Below, one piece after another: positions 9,477 through 19,804 of a stretch of 64,000 nt of DNA. The notes below the pieces were generated by a model. That model had not been told where the DNA came from. It made no database searches and was given only the letters and a program-made list of their open reading frames with translations. The stretch is from NCBI GenBank assembly GCA_963709425.1, contig CAVPWG010000005.1, positions 856,030 to 920,029 of the forward strand, given 5' to 3'. The stretch comes from an uncultured Actinomycetes bacterium. Its GTDB lineage: Bacteria; Actinomycetota; Thermoleophilia; Gaiellales; JAICJC01. A program made the translations under genes and the position numbers. Numbering within the stretch: the first letter of the stretch is position 1; each line of letters begins with the position of its first letter.

Positions 9477-11201
9477 TCAGGCCGCGGCGGAGAGGGCTCG
9501 GCCGGGGGTCGCGACCGGCAGCAGGATCTGGCGCAGCGCGGTGATGCAGCCCGGGTCGAACTGCGTCCCCGAGTGGCGCTCGAGCTCGGCGAGGGCCTCG
9601 TCGACCGGGCGCCGGGGCCGGTACGGCCGGTCGGACGTCATCGCCTCGAAGGCGTCCGCCACCATGATGATGCGCGACTCGAGCGGGACGTCGTCGCCGC
9701 CCAGCGCGTCGGGGTAGCCGCGCCCGTCGAGGCGCTCGTGATGGTGCAGGATCCAGCCCGCCTCTTCGTAGAGCTCCGCGGCCGAGACGATGTGGGCACC
9801 CAGATCGGGGTGTGTTCGCATGACGGCCGCCTCCTCGGCGGTGAGCGCGGCGGGCTTCTGCAGGATGGCGTCGGAGATCCCGATCTTGCCGACGTCGTGC
9901 AGGAGCCCGGCGATCCGGATCCGCGCCACGCGCTCGGCGTCGAGCCCGAGCTCGCGCGCGATGAGGACGCACAGCTCGGCGACCGTCTCGCAGTGGCTGC
10001 GCGTGTACGAGTCCTTGGCGTCGACCGCCCGCGCGAGCGCGGTGGCGAGCGTGCTCAGGTGGCGCTCGTCGGGCGGCAGGTCGATGCCGCCCGCCAACTC
10101 CATGTCGGCCGAGTACACGAGCACCTCTCGGTGTGTGCGCTTCGCCGAGATCAGCGCCAGGTCCGCTCGCCTGATCAATCCGTGCTTGTCCTCGTCGAGC
10201 CCGCGCTCGGCCACGCCCGCCGTCGCGCCCGTCACCCGCTCGCGGAGGTCCTGAGCGATGCCGAAGGCTTCGATCGCCGTTCCGCCATCCACGACGATCG
10301 CGAACTCGTCGCCGCCGATCCGAAACGCGCGGCCGTCGGGAGAAACCGTCGCCAGGGCGCGGGCGAGACCTTCGAGCAGCTCGTCTCCGGCCTGGTGCCC
10401 GCACGTGTCGTTCGTCCGCTTGAGCCCGTCGAGATCCACGATCGCAAGCGAGAAGGCGGCGCGGGCCTCGACGAGGCCGTCGAGGCACTCGTGGAACGCG
10501 CGGTGATTGGCAAGGCCCGTCAGGCTGTCCCGCGTCGCCGCGTCCCGGAGCCGGTCGATCTCGGAGCGGCGCACGTCGTCGAGCCGGCGCTTGAAGTGCA
10601 GCACTGCGACGACCGCGCCGGTCAGGAGCAGGCCAAGGACGAACATCACAAACGTCGCTCCGAGCGCCACGCCCTGCGAGCGCCTGGCGCTGGCAAGACC
10701 CGCCGAAAGCCCGGCGCGGTGCGCTGTGGCGGCCGCATCCACCGTGTCCTCGATCCGATCGAGGTGGGGCGCCACCTCGACCCTGTTCAGGCGGTGGACG
10801 CCCACGGCGTCGAACGACTCGGCCGCCGTCATCAGGTGGCCCACGCCGATCGCGGTCGCACCGATCTGCCGGCGGAGCTCGGCGGTGAGCGCTCGGTCGC
10901 GTGCGTCGCCGTTTCGGTCGATGGCCGGAAGCGTCGCTCTGAGCGCCGTAAGCGCGGCGTTCACCCGCCGCCGGTTCGCCGGCGTGGGCTCGAGCTGGTC
11001 CTCGCGCACCGCCAGCTCGAACCGGGCGACGGCGTAGCGCGCCTGCCCGTACGCCTCACTGAGCTGGCTCTCCTGCGTCGCGTGCCCGGTCGAGGCATCG
11101 GTCGAGAGGGCCGCCCATCCGCCGAACCCGCCCAGCGCCGCGACGATCGCCATTGTGGCCGCCATGATGGCGAACCGTGTACGCCGCCCGGCGGATCGCA
11201 T
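9477..11201 (-). CDS. Membrane-anchored GGDEF diguanylate cyclase / HD-GYP phosphodiesterase fusion
   Basis: ORF 9477..11492(-) trimmed to ATG 11201 (MRSAGRRTRFAIMAATMAIV...). GGDEF block RIGGDEFAIVV. HD-GYP block LLHDVGK...HHERLDGRGYP. Confidence 0.85.
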   Translation of the reverse strand: MRSAGRRTRFAIMAATMAIVAALGGFGGWAALSTDASTGHATQESQLSEAYGQARYAVARFELAVREDQLEPTPANRRRVNAALTALRATLPAIDRNGDARDRALTAELRRQIGATAIGVGHLMTAAESFDAVGVHRLNRVEVAPHLDRIEDTVDAAATAHRAGLSAGLASARRSQGVALGATFVMFVLGLLLTGAVVAVLHFKRRLDDVRRSEIDRLRDAATRDSLTGLANHRAFHECLDGLVEARAAFSLAIVDLDGLKRTNDTCGHQAGDELLEGLARALATVSPDGRAFRIGGDEFAIVVDGGTAIEAFGIAQDLRERVTGATAGVAERGLDEDKHGLIRRADLALISAKRTHREVLVYSADMELAGGIDLPPDERHLSTLATALARAVDAKDSYTRSHCETVAELCVLIARELGLDAERVARIRIAGLLHDVGKIGISDAILQKPAALTAEEAAVMRTHPDLGAHIVSAAELYEEAGWILHHHERLDGRGYPDALGGDDVPLESRIIMVADAFEAMTSDRPYRPRRPVDEALAELERHSGTQFDPGCITALRQILLPVATPGRALSAAA

Positions 11202-11230
11202 CCTGGAGGACGTCGACTCCACCCCCAGCC

Positions 11231-11632
11231 TCAGCCGCAGACGTAGTACTCGATCATGACCGACTCGACGTCGGCCTGGCCCGCGCCGTCCTGCGTGACG
11301 GTCACGCGGAACTGCGTGTCGGAGATCCGCTTCGTGCTGACGCTTGCGCCGTAGTGTCCATGGTGGAAGTTCACCTGCGAGGTCACGCTGCCCGCTCTCT
11401 TCGGGAGGGTGAACAGGTACTTCGCGCGCGCCGTCCCGTTCGAGGCGCCGCAGCGAAGGACGAGATCGGTCACGAGCGCCGCCGCCGAACACGATCCGCT
11501 GACCGTCCGCGAGCTCGTCGCGAAGCCGAGCCGTTTCTGGCCGTTGTAGTGCTTCGCCGTGAGTCCAGCAGTCGCCGGCGCCGCGCCGAGAAGGGCGACG
11601 AAGAGAACGGCTGGGGCAATGAACCGCGACAT
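11231..11632 (-). CDS. Small secreted hypothetical protein (signal peptide, 4 Cys)
   Basis: 133 aa. N-terminal signal-like MSRFIAPAVLFVALLGAAPATA. Ends 30 nt upstream of the GGDEF/HD-GYP gene. No family recognised. Confidence 0.55.
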   Translation of the reverse strand: MSRFIAPAVLFVALLGAAPATAGLTAKHYNGQKRLGFATSSRTVSGSCSAAALVTDLVLRCGASNGTARAKYLFTLPKRAGSVTSQVNFHHGHYGASVSTKRISDTQFRVTVTQDGAGQADVESVMIEYYVCG

Positions 11633-11721
11633 GAGGACCGCCAGGGGTCGTTAACGGACGCGTCCCATCATCGCTCTTTGCGAACAGCCCGGGCGTCCCC
11701 CGAACGGGTCAAAACACGCGC

Positions 11722-13401
11722 CTAGCGGCGCAAAAGAGGCTTGTACTTGATCCGGTGTGGCTGGTCGGCCTCGGCACCCAGCCGAGACCGCCGGTTCTGC
11801 TCGTATTCGTCGTAGGAGCCCTCGAACCAGACGACCTCGGAATCGCCCTCGAATGCCAGCATGTGGGTCGCAATCCGGTCGAGGAACCAGCGGTCGTGCG
11901 AGATCACGACCGCGCACCCGGCGAAATCGACGAGCGCGTCCTCCAGCGCTCGCAGCGTGTCGACGTCGAGGTCGTTGGTCGGCTCGTCGAGCAGGAGCAC
12001 GTTGCCGCCTGAGCGGAGCAGCTTGGCCAGGTGGAGCCGGTTTCGCTCGCCGCCCGACAGGTCGCCGACACGCTTCTGCTGGTCGCCGCCGCGAAAGTTG
12101 AAGGACGCGGCGTAGGCGCGCGAGTTGACCTCCCGTTTCCCGAGCGCGATCGTGTCCTTGCCGCCGGAGATCTCCTTCCAGACGGTGGTCGCCGGATCGA
12201 GGTCGGAGCGAGCCTGGTCGACGTATGCGAGCTCGACGGACGACCCGATGACAAGCTCGCCCGCGTCGGCCGGCTCCTCGCCCGCGATCATGCGAAAGAG
12301 CGTCGTCTTGCCGGCGCCGTTCGCACCGACCACCCCGACGATCCCGCCCGGCGGCAGCGAGAACGACAGGCCGTCGATGAGCAGGCGGTCGCCGTAGCCC
12401 TTGACGACGTCGCGCGCCTCGACGACGAGGTCGCCCAGCCGGGGGCCGGCGGGGATGTGGATCTCGACCCGGTCGAGCTTGACGTTCGCCTCTTCGGCCA
12501 GGAGCTGTTCGTAGGACTCGACCCGGGCCCTCGACTTCGCGTGCCGGGCGCGTGGGGCCATGCGTACCCACTCCAGCTCGCGTGCCAGCGTCCGCCGCCT
12601 GGCCGACTCCTGCTTCTCCTCGACCGCGAGGCGAGCCTGCTTCTGCTCGAGCCACGAGGAGTAGTTGCCCTGGAACGGGATCCCGTGGCCACGGTCGAGC
12701 TCCAGGATCCAGCCGGCGACGTTATCGAGGAAGTAGCGGTCGTGGGTCACCGCGAGCACCGTGCCGGCGTACTCGGCCAGGAACCGCTCGAGCCAGGCGA
12801 CGGACTCGGCGTCGAGGTGGTTCGTCGGCTCGTCGAGGAGCAGCAGGTCGGGCGACGACAGCAGGACGCGGCAGAGCGCGACCCGGCGGCGCTCGCCGCC
12901 CGACAGCGTCGCCACGTCGGCGTCGCCGGGCGGGCAGCGCAGGGCATCCATGGCCGTGTCGAGCATGCGGTCCAGGTTCCAGGCGTCGGTGCGGTCGATC
13001 CGGTCCTGCACTTCGCCCTGCTCCTCGAGCAGCGCCGTCATCTCGTCGTCGGACATCGGCTCGGCGAACCGCGCCGAGATCTCCTCGAACCGCTGGAGCA
13101 GGTCGCGCTTCTCCGCCACGCCGTCCTCGACGTTCCCGCGGACGTCCTTCGCGGCGTCGAGCTCCGGCTCCTGCGGGAGAAGGCCGGCCGTAGCCCCGGG
13201 AGCCAGCCGGGCGTCGCCGGAGGACGGCTCGTCGAGGCCGGCCATGATCCGAAGGAGCGTCGACTTGCCGGCGCCGTTGGGGCCCAGGACGCCGATCTTC
13301 GCGCCCGGGAGGAAGGACAGCGAGATGTCGCGCAGCACCTGCCGGTCGGGCCCGTGGAACTTCTGCACCCGGTGCATCGAGTAGACGTAGGTGTGGCTCA
13401 C
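11722..13401 (-). CDS. ettA: ABC-F ATPase, energy-dependent translational throttle protein EttA
   Basis: 559 aa, collinear with E. coli EttA as I recall it (VYSMHRVQKFHGPDRQVL, two Walker A GPNGAGKST/GANGAGKTT, C-terminal PHRIKYK). GTG start. Confidence 0.95.
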   Translation of the reverse strand: MSHTYVYSMHRVQKFHGPDRQVLRDISLSFLPGAKIGVLGPNGAGKSTLLRIMAGLDEPSSGDARLAPGATAGLLPQEPELDAAKDVRGNVEDGVAEKRDLLQRFEEISARFAEPMSDDEMTALLEEQGEVQDRIDRTDAWNLDRMLDTAMDALRCPPGDADVATLSGGERRRVALCRVLLSSPDLLLLDEPTNHLDAESVAWLERFLAEYAGTVLAVTHDRYFLDNVAGWILELDRGHGIPFQGNYSSWLEQKQARLAVEEKQESARRRTLARELEWVRMAPRARHAKSRARVESYEQLLAEEANVKLDRVEIHIPAGPRLGDLVVEARDVVKGYGDRLLIDGLSFSLPPGGIVGVVGANGAGKTTLFRMIAGEEPADAGELVIGSSVELAYVDQARSDLDPATTVWKEISGGKDTIALGKREVNSRAYAASFNFRGGDQQKRVGDLSGGERNRLHLAKLLRSGGNVLLLDEPTNDLDVDTLRALEDALVDFAGCAVVISHDRWFLDRIATHMLAFEGDSEVVWFEGSYDEYEQNRRSRLGAEADQPHRIKYKPLLRR

Positions 13402-13437
13402 GGCGGCGAAGGATAGGCGACGGGCCCGGGACGCCCG

Positions 13438-13860
13438 TCAGCGGCGCCGCGAGGCAACAGCCGTGCCCAGGATGGCGGCCGCGCCGAACCCGGCTGCGCC
13501 CGAGAGGATCGCGACGATCGGCCCGGCACCCAGGTCGTTGAGCCCCACGATCCCCGGCCCGGCCACCAGGAACACCGGCGCGATCACGAGCAGACGGTCG
13601 CGCCACAGCTCGCGCGGGCCCGAGCCGAACTGGAAGAAGCAGACCGCTCCGACCACCGCCGCGATGGCGACCGCGACCGTGGCCGCCGCCGTCTCCGACA
13701 CGACGCCGAGGCGGCCAAGCATCACCGCAGCCAGCGCGACGATCGCTGCGGCGGACCCGATCCCGGCGACGAGCACATCCGTCCGGACGAGCCGCCGCAG
13801 CTCCTCCGGCGTGAGCGCCGGGGAGGGCCGGGCGGCCGGCCCTCCCCGCGCATCCGTCAC
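13438..13860 (-). CDS. Small integral membrane protein, hypothetical
   Basis: ORF 13438..14028(-) trimmed to GTG 13860, which makes a GTGA overlap with the APC permease stop. About 4 hydrophobic segments. No family recognised. Confidence 0.45.
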   Translation of the reverse strand: MTDARGGPAARPSPALTPEELRRLVRTDVLVAGIGSAAAIVALAAVMLGRLGVVSETAAATVAVAIAAVVGAVCFFQFGSGPRELWRDRLLVIAPVFLVAGPGIVGLNDLGAGPIVAILSGAAGFGAAAILGTAVASRRR

Positions 13861-15428
13861 AGCGTCCCGGGCGCCGCCTGCGCCTGGGGTTCGGGCGGCG
13901 GCGTGAGGGCATCCGCCCGATGCTCGGGCAGGATCTCCATCCGGTGCTGCTGGTAGCCGTAGTAGAGGATGAGCCCGCTGACCATGACGACAACGACGCC
14001 GGTGATCGGCCCGTAGTGCTGATACCACTTGGTGCCGTAGAACTCCTCACGCGGCCAGGCGAGGTTCACGGCCATCGCCGCGCCGTAGAAGACGGCGATC
14101 ACGTTTGTGATCACGGCCATCCGGCCGAGGCTGAAGAGCCCCATGTTGGCGGTGGGCAGGTTCCCCGGCCAGCCAGACAGGCGGCGTTGCAGAAGCGGGA
14201 TCGTGACGCCGAGGTAGGCGAGGTACATGAAGATGATCCCGAGGGCCACGATGATCTCGAACGCGTACTGGTTGTAGAGGTTGAACCCGAGGATCAGCAT
14301 CGCGATCGCGCCGACGAGGACGGCCGGGAACACCGGCACCCTGCGCTTGCCGGAGACCGACGCCAGCCTCGATCCGCCCGGCAGGTTGTTGTCGCGTCCC
14401 ATCGCGAACAGGATCCGCACCGACATGGCGTGGATCGCCAAGCAGCAGACGAAGATCGCGAGGGCGCAGTCGATCAGGAAGATGTTCCCCCAGGTCTCGC
14501 CGAGCACGTCCTTCGTGATCGTCGCCAGGCCGAGGCTGGTCGGATCGGCATAGAGCTTGTCGCTCACCGCCATCGTCCCGAACACGATCAAAAGGAATCC
14601 CATGACGCCGGCAGTGGCGAGCGCCTGGAGCACGGCACGTGGGGCGCGCCGGCGTGGATCGTCGGTCTCCTCGGCCAGTGACCCGGCCGTGTCGAAGCCG
14701 TACATCACGTAGAGCGGCATGATCGCCCCGATCAGGAGGGCGCCGAAGTACCCCCACTGGTGGCCGGCGCCCGTGCCGGCCGTGTTGGTGAGCACGTCAG
14801 ACGGGCTGCGGTTCGCGTGGATCAGGAAGAGGATGATCAGGCCGGCGGCGCCGACGAGCTCCGACGCGACGCCGATGTTGTTGATTCGCGAAAGGACGGT
14901 CACGCCCATGACGTTGATCGTCGTCGTGAAGACCACCATGATCAGTCCGAGAATGACCGCGTTCGCGGCGAAATCGGTGCTGAAGTAGTTCGCCGAGTTG
15001 GCGGACGAGCCGTAGATCTGGAACTTGGGCGAGATCTGCGGCAGGATGATCTGCCAGGCCAGCGCGACGGCCGGAACCGTCACGATCTGGGCGCACAGGT
15101 ACATCCAGCCCGTGTTCCACGCCCATGCCTTGCCGGCGACCTGCTTCGACCATTGGTAGACCGAGCCCGCCAACGGATAGTGCGCCGCGAGCTCGGCGAA
15201 TTGGAGCGCGACCATGAACTGCCCGAAGAGGACGACCAGCCAGAACCAGGCGAATGCGGGCCCGGCGAAGAAGAAGCCGAGCGCCGACGTCTGGAACATC
15301 CCTGTGAGGATCGAGATGTAGCTGAACCCCGCGGCGAACGACGAGAAGCTCCCGAGGGTGCGGTGCAGCTCCTGCTTGTACCCGAACTGCGCCAGCTGCT
15401 GGGCGTCCGAGTTGGCGGACTCCGACAT
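13857..15428 (-). CDS. APC-superfamily amino acid/amine permease
   Basis: ORF 13857..15491(-) trimmed to ATG 15428 (MSESANSDAQQLAQFGYKQELHRTLG). 12-TM-like amino acid permease pattern (FAELAAHYPLAGSVYQW). Confidence 0.85.
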   Translation of the reverse strand: MSESANSDAQQLAQFGYKQELHRTLGSFSSFAAGFSYISILTGMFQTSALGFFFAGPAFAWFWLVVLFGQFMVALQFAELAAHYPLAGSVYQWSKQVAGKAWAWNTGWMYLCAQIVTVPAVALAWQIILPQISPKFQIYGSSANSANYFSTDFAANAVILGLIMVVFTTTINVMGVTVLSRINNIGVASELVGAAGLIILFLIHANRSPSDVLTNTAGTGAGHQWGYFGALLIGAIMPLYVMYGFDTAGSLAEETDDPRRRAPRAVLQALATAGVMGFLLIVFGTMAVSDKLYADPTSLGLATITKDVLGETWGNIFLIDCALAIFVCCLAIHAMSVRILFAMGRDNNLPGGSRLASVSGKRRVPVFPAVLVGAIAMLILGFNLYNQYAFEIIVALGIIFMYLAYLGVTIPLLQRRLSGWPGNLPTANMGLFSLGRMAVITNVIAVFYGAAMAVNLAWPREEFYGTKWYQHYGPITGVVVVMVSGLILYYGYQQHRMEILPEHRADALTPPPEPQAQAAPGTL

Positions 15429-15510
15429 ACGCGCTCCTTTCGGCGCCCAGCCGGGCGCGCGGTCTAGACCGGACGATCTTCCCGCACGCACCGGATGTTG
15501 TCAACGGTTC

Positions 15511-15543
15511 GGGCCGGGCCGGCCGATGTCGCCGGCCCGGCCC
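15511..15543 (-). terminator. GC-rich hairpin downstream of the second APC permease (candidate intrinsic terminator without a U-tract)
   Basis: Perfect 13-bp stem GGGCCGGGCCGGC / GCCGGCCCGGCCC with a 7-nt loop CGATGTC, 9 nt after the stop at 15552. Confidence 0.45.
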
Positions 15544-15551
15544 CGATGCCG

Positions 15552-17195
15552 CTACTCGACCGGGATCTCGGCGTTGATCCGCGCCAGGTCGATGCCCTCC
15601 CGCTTGCGGGCCCACCGGGCCGCGGCGTAGACCACGAGCGCGAGCACGTAGAGCGCCGCGATGTAGATGAGCGACTTGTGGTTGTTGACGTAGTAGACGT
15701 CGTCCTGGAACCACTTCAGGAAGATGAAGGCCAGGAACCCGAGGAACACGACGCCCGTGGCCGTGATCAGCGGGATGCCGACGATCGTGTACTTCGCGAT
15801 CGGCGACGCCCGGTAGAGGTCGGGCTTCGTGAACGGCAGAATGATGGCGCCGAACGTCGTCGCGAAGAACGTCGCAGCGATCACGAGCGTCGCGTCGAGC
15901 GTGTACCCGTAGAAGGTCGTGCTGTACGCGTACAGCGCGCTCACGATGACGCCGGGGATGAACATGAGCGCCAGCGCCCCCAGCGGAACGTGAGTACGAT
16001 CGTCGACCTTGGCGGCCCACTCGGGCAACATCCGGTCGAACGCTGCCGCGAACACCATCCGCGTCGACGACAGGAAGAGCGTCCCGGCCCAGCCGAGGAA
16101 CCACAGCCCGAGCAGCCAGATGATGATCAGCTGAACGAGCTCGTTCGTGTAGAAGAAGGCTGCGAGCGTGCCCGGGTACGGGAAGAGGTAGAACGGCTCC
16201 TTGACGACCGTGAGCCAGTACTCGCCGCTCAGGATCCCGTAGAAGTCGAGCCCGACGGAATGGGCCATTGCCCCGAGGGTGATGACCGTGATCACGGTCA
16301 TGAAGACGAGCGCCCCGCCCATCGCGTAGATGTTCTTGCGGAAGTCACTGGCACCGCGGACCTCGCCGTACAGCGTGGCGCCCCAGTTCGGCCAGAGGTT
16401 GTAGAAGACGATGAACGGCAGGAGCAGGAACGTCTCCTTGACCGGGAAGGACCCGAGGCCCGGTGTGGTGTAGCCACCCCCGGCGGCGACCGTCTGCTGG
16501 TAGGCGTCGCCCTGCACGCCGTAGAGGTTGTGGGCGGACGTGTTGTAGGCGGTGATGAACTCCTGGTGCGAGTGGGTCAGGAAGATCAGGATCATCAGCA
16601 CCAGCCCGACCATGCCGCCGTAGAAGCAGTACTTCTGGATCTTGGCGTATGTCCGCATCCCGAGGGCGATGATCACGCTCGCCAGGACGGCGGTCAGGAT
16701 CGACGTGAAGAAAATGCCGTTCCCGTCGCTGGCGGAGTACGGCCACCAGTCCGCGTGGAAGGCGCTCGTCCCGGTGAAACCGAGGATCGTGAGCGTCGGC
16801 TGGATGACCTCGACCGCGAGGATGTTGGCGTAGATCGGGACCCAGTGCGACAGGATGAACCACCAGCCGGTCGCGGCCATCACGAACCCGATGCCGCCGC
16901 CGAGGATCCGGGTCTGCCACACGTAGTCGCCCCCGGCGCGCGGCATCACCGCCACGAGGGACGCATAGACGAGGACTTCAAACACGATGAAGAGGGCGGA
17001 CAGGACCACGGCCGCGATGAGCGCGCTCTCCGGGAGGACTGCGATGCCCGTGAACGCATAGCCGAAGCCGAGCGTGATCAGATTGATCGAAAGGGTGGCG
17101 TAGATGAATGCGTCGAAGACCGACCACCCCTTCACCAGGCCCGTGGCCTTCCGCACGAACATCGTGCGTTCCACTGGCATGTCTGCACTTGCCAA
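15552..17195 (-). CDS. APC-superfamily permease
   Basis: 547 aa, multi-TM (AVMPRAGGDYVWQTR). TTG start at 17195 is preceded by AGGAAAGGAGGGG 5 nt upstream. The internal ATG 17180 lies too far from that SD. Confidence 0.85.
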   Translation of the reverse strand: MASADMPVERTMFVRKATGLVKGWSVFDAFIYATLSINLITLGFGYAFTGIAVLPESALIAAVVLSALFIVFEVLVYASLVAVMPRAGGDYVWQTRILGGGIGFVMAATGWWFILSHWVPIYANILAVEVIQPTLTILGFTGTSAFHADWWPYSASDGNGIFFTSILTAVLASVIIALGMRTYAKIQKYCFYGGMVGLVLMILIFLTHSHQEFITAYNTSAHNLYGVQGDAYQQTVAAGGGYTTPGLGSFPVKETFLLLPFIVFYNLWPNWGATLYGEVRGASDFRKNIYAMGGALVFMTVITVITLGAMAHSVGLDFYGILSGEYWLTVVKEPFYLFPYPGTLAAFFYTNELVQLIIIWLLGLWFLGWAGTLFLSSTRMVFAAAFDRMLPEWAAKVDDRTHVPLGALALMFIPGVIVSALYAYSTTFYGYTLDATLVIAATFFATTFGAIILPFTKPDLYRASPIAKYTIVGIPLITATGVVFLGFLAFIFLKWFQDDVYYVNNHKSLIYIAALYVLALVVYAAARWARKREGIDLARINAEIPVE

Positions 17196-17208
17196 GACCC
17201 CTCCTTTC

Positions 17209-18147
17209 CTAGCCGGACGTGAGCACGAACTTCTTGACCTTCCTCCCCGAGAGCTCGATCACGGCGCCGAGCAGCTCGCCCTGCTCGTAGGCACTCCCGG
17301 GGTTGATGCACAGGGTGTCGCCAATGCGCGTGTGCCCGCGCGCCTCGTGGATGTGGCCGTGCAACGAGAGTGCCGGCTTGGTCTCCTTGATCGCCGTCCG
17401 CACCGCCTTCGAGCCGACCGGCTCCGGTGCGTGCCCGCCGTGCTTCGGGGTCATATCCGCGTTCAGGCCGGGCGCATCGTCGAGACCGGATGCGTACGGC
17501 GGGCAGTGCAGGTTCAGGATCACGCGCTCCGGCGGGTTCGTGAGGCGCGCGGTAACGCTCCGGATCCGTTCCAGGAGGACGTCCTCCGGTTCCTCGCGGT
17601 ACGTGTTCCAGGGCGTCACGTTCGACCAGCCCGTCGATGCCATCTGATAGTCGCCGACGTCGACGACCCGGCCCTCGGCGAGCTCGACCCGGGTCGCGGC
17701 GGCGAGGATCTCATCGACGTCGAACTGGTCGTCATTTCCCGGGCACACGAAGACGCGCTGCGGCTCGCCGGCCAGCTTCTCGGCGGCCATCGCCATCCAG
17801 CGCTCGACCGTCCCCAGCATCTCCTTGTGGAAGAGGTCGTCGAGACGATCGTCGTCGGCCTCGAGCTCGGCGAGCTGGTCGGGGGTCGTGCGGAACGGGT
17901 AGTAGCCACGCCGGATCACATCCCGCTCGAACGCGACGACCGCGTCCTCGCCGGCGAGCTCACGAAGCTGCTCCTGGAGCGTCCCGTGCCAGCGCTCGCC
18001 GCCGTCGTGGACAACCGGGACGAGCGCCTTCCCGGTCATGTCGCCGCCGAGGATCATCACGTCGGCCTCGTAGTGCGAGCCGGAGTTCAGGAACTTGCGC
18101 CAGCACGTCTCTGACCCGTGAATGTCCGTCGCGAAGAAGACCCTCAC
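17209..18147 (-). CDS. Metallophosphoesterase
   Basis: 312 aa. Calcineurin-like motifs DIHG, GGDMTG, CPGNDD, LHCPP and GHIHE. Confidence 0.85.
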   Translation of the reverse strand: MRVFFATDIHGSETCWRKFLNSGSHYEADVMILGGDMTGKALVPVVHDGGERWHGTLQEQLRELAGEDAVVAFERDVIRRGYYPFRTTPDQLAELEADDDRLDDLFHKEMLGTVERWMAMAAEKLAGEPQRVFVCPGNDDQFDVDEILAAATRVELAEGRVVDVGDYQMASTGWSNVTPWNTYREEPEDVLLERIRSVTARLTNPPERVILNLHCPPYASGLDDAPGLNADMTPKHGGHAPEPVGSKAVRTAIKETKPALSLHGHIHEARGHTRIGDTLCINPGSAYEQGELLGAVIELSGRKVKKFVLTSG

Positions 18148-18182
18148 GATGTCAGGGATTGTCCGTCACGAAGAGGACGGAA

Positions 18183-19004
18183 TCAAGGAGCCGGGTCGCG
18201 TGTCTCCCCGCTGTGGAACGGGACGGACGTGCCGTCGACGATCATCGCGCCACCGTCGACGGGTATCGAGGCACCGTTCACGTAGCTCGCTCCCGGCCCG
18301 GCCAGAAATGCCACCACAGCGGCGATTTCGGCGGGATCCGCCGGACGCCGCAGGGGCGTGGACGAGGTCGTGAGCCGGTAGGCGCCGTCGCGGTCGGTGC
18401 CCCAGCGGGCGGCGACCTCGTCCATGTCGTCGTCGGCCATGGGGGTTCTCACCCAACCGGGGCAGACGCAGTTCGCCCGGACTCCGCGAGGGCCGTAGTC
18501 GTTCGCGATGCTGGCCGTGAGCATCGCGAGCCCGGCCTTCGACGCGCAGTACGACGCCCACCCGGGCCCGGCGACCCAGGCGTTGGTCGACGCCACCGTC
18601 ACGATCGTGCCGCGCCGCTCGACCAGGTGCGGGAGCGCCGCGCGGGCGACGAGGAACGCCCCGGTCAGGTTGACGCGAACGACGGCATCCCAGCCCTCGG
18701 GCGTCTCCTCGCCGGCCGGGCCCGAGCCGCCGACGCCGTGGGCCAGCACCAGCACGTCGAGCCCGCCGAGGGCCATGACCGCGTCGGCCACCGCGCGCTC
18801 CGCCTGGGCCGGGTCGCCGGCGTCGGCCGACAGGGGAACCGCTCGCCCGCCGCTCACCTCGATGTCATGGGCCGTCCGCTGGAGCGGATCGGGGCGGCGG
18901 CCGACGAGGGCCACGGCACAGCCGTCGGCGGCCAGGCGGCGCGCGACGGCAGCGCCGATCCCGGTTCCGGCGCCGGTGACGAGGGCTGCACGCGCGCCGG
19001 TCAC
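18183..19004 (-). CDS. Short-chain dehydrogenase/reductase (SDR)
   Basis: 273 aa. TGAGTGIG cofactor motif and YCASK catalytic motif. GTG start. Confidence 0.9.
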   Translation of the reverse strand: MTGARAALVTGAGTGIGAAVARRLAADGCAVALVGRRPDPLQRTAHDIEVSGGRAVPLSADAGDPAQAERAVADAVMALGGLDVLVLAHGVGGSGPAGEETPEGWDAVVRVNLTGAFLVARAALPHLVERRGTIVTVASTNAWVAGPGWASYCASKAGLAMLTASIANDYGPRGVRANCVCPGWVRTPMADDDMDEVAARWGTDRDGAYRLTTSSTPLRRPADPAEIAAVVAFLAGPGASYVNGASIPVDGGAMIVDGTSVPFHSGETRDPAP

Positions 19005-19025
19005 GCGCGGGAGTTAACCACTATC

Positions 19026-19778
19026 GTGCGGGCGTCCGTGGAGCACCCGGCGCTCACCTACACGTCCTACCTGCACCTGGACGAGCTTCTTGCGTGCCAG
19101 GAGCCGCTGTCGGACGGGCCCGAGCACGACGAGCTCCTCTTCATCGTCATCCATCAGGTCTACGAGCTCTGGTTCAAGGTGCTGCTGCACGAGGCGGCGT
19201 ACCTGCAGCGGTCGCTCGAGGCCGGCGACACCGCCACGGCGCTGGCGGCCATGAAGCGCATCCTGACGGTGCTGAAGACCGTCGTCGCCCAGGTCGACGT
19301 CCTCGAGACCATGACCCCGCTCGCCTTCCGGAGCTTCCGCGGCCGGCTCGAGCGCGCGAGCGGCTTTCAGTCGGGGCAGTTCCGCGAGCTCGAGGCCGTG
19401 CTCGGCCGGCGCGACCAGGGAGTGCTCGCCGACCACCCGCCCGGCCCCGGGCGCGACCGGATCACCGCGGCGATGGAGCGGCCGAGTCTCTACGAGTCGT
19501 TTCTCGCGTACGTCGGCCTCGCCCGCCGGCCCCCGGCGGACATCCGTGACGGCCTGGTCGAGGTCTACCGCACCGACCCGGCCCGGGCTCAGGTGTGCGA
19601 GCGGATGGTCGACATCGACGAGGGCATCCAGGAGTGGCGCTACCGGCACGTGAAGATGGTCGAGCGCACCATCGGCGAGCAGGCGGGGACGGGTGGCTCG
19701 GCGGGGGTCGCCTACCTGCGCTCGACGCTCTTCAAGCCGGCGTTCCCCGACCTGTGGGCGATCCGGGCGAGGCTCTAG
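19026..19778 (+). CDS. kynA: Tryptophan 2,3-dioxygenase
   Basis: Only the last ~250 codons of the artefactual ORF 17637..19778(+) look real: YTSYLHLDELLACQEPLS...DELLFIVIHQVYELWFK...SGFQSGQFRELE...WRYRHVKMVERTIG...GTGGSAG. GTG 19026 or 19038. Confidence 0.85.
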   Translation: MRASVEHPALTYTSYLHLDELLACQEPLSDGPEHDELLFIVIHQVYELWFKVLLHEAAYLQRSLEAGDTATALAAMKRILTVLKTVVAQVDVLETMTPLAFRSFRGRLERASGFQSGQFRELEAVLGRRDQGVLADHPPGPGRDRITAAMERPSLYESFLAYVGLARRPPADIRDGLVEVYRTDPARAQVCERMVDIDEGIQEWRYRHVKMVERTIGEQAGTGGSAGVAYLRSTLFKPAFPDLWAIRARL

Positions 19779-19804
19779 TCAATCTCCAGCAGTGAGCGCA
19801 CCAG

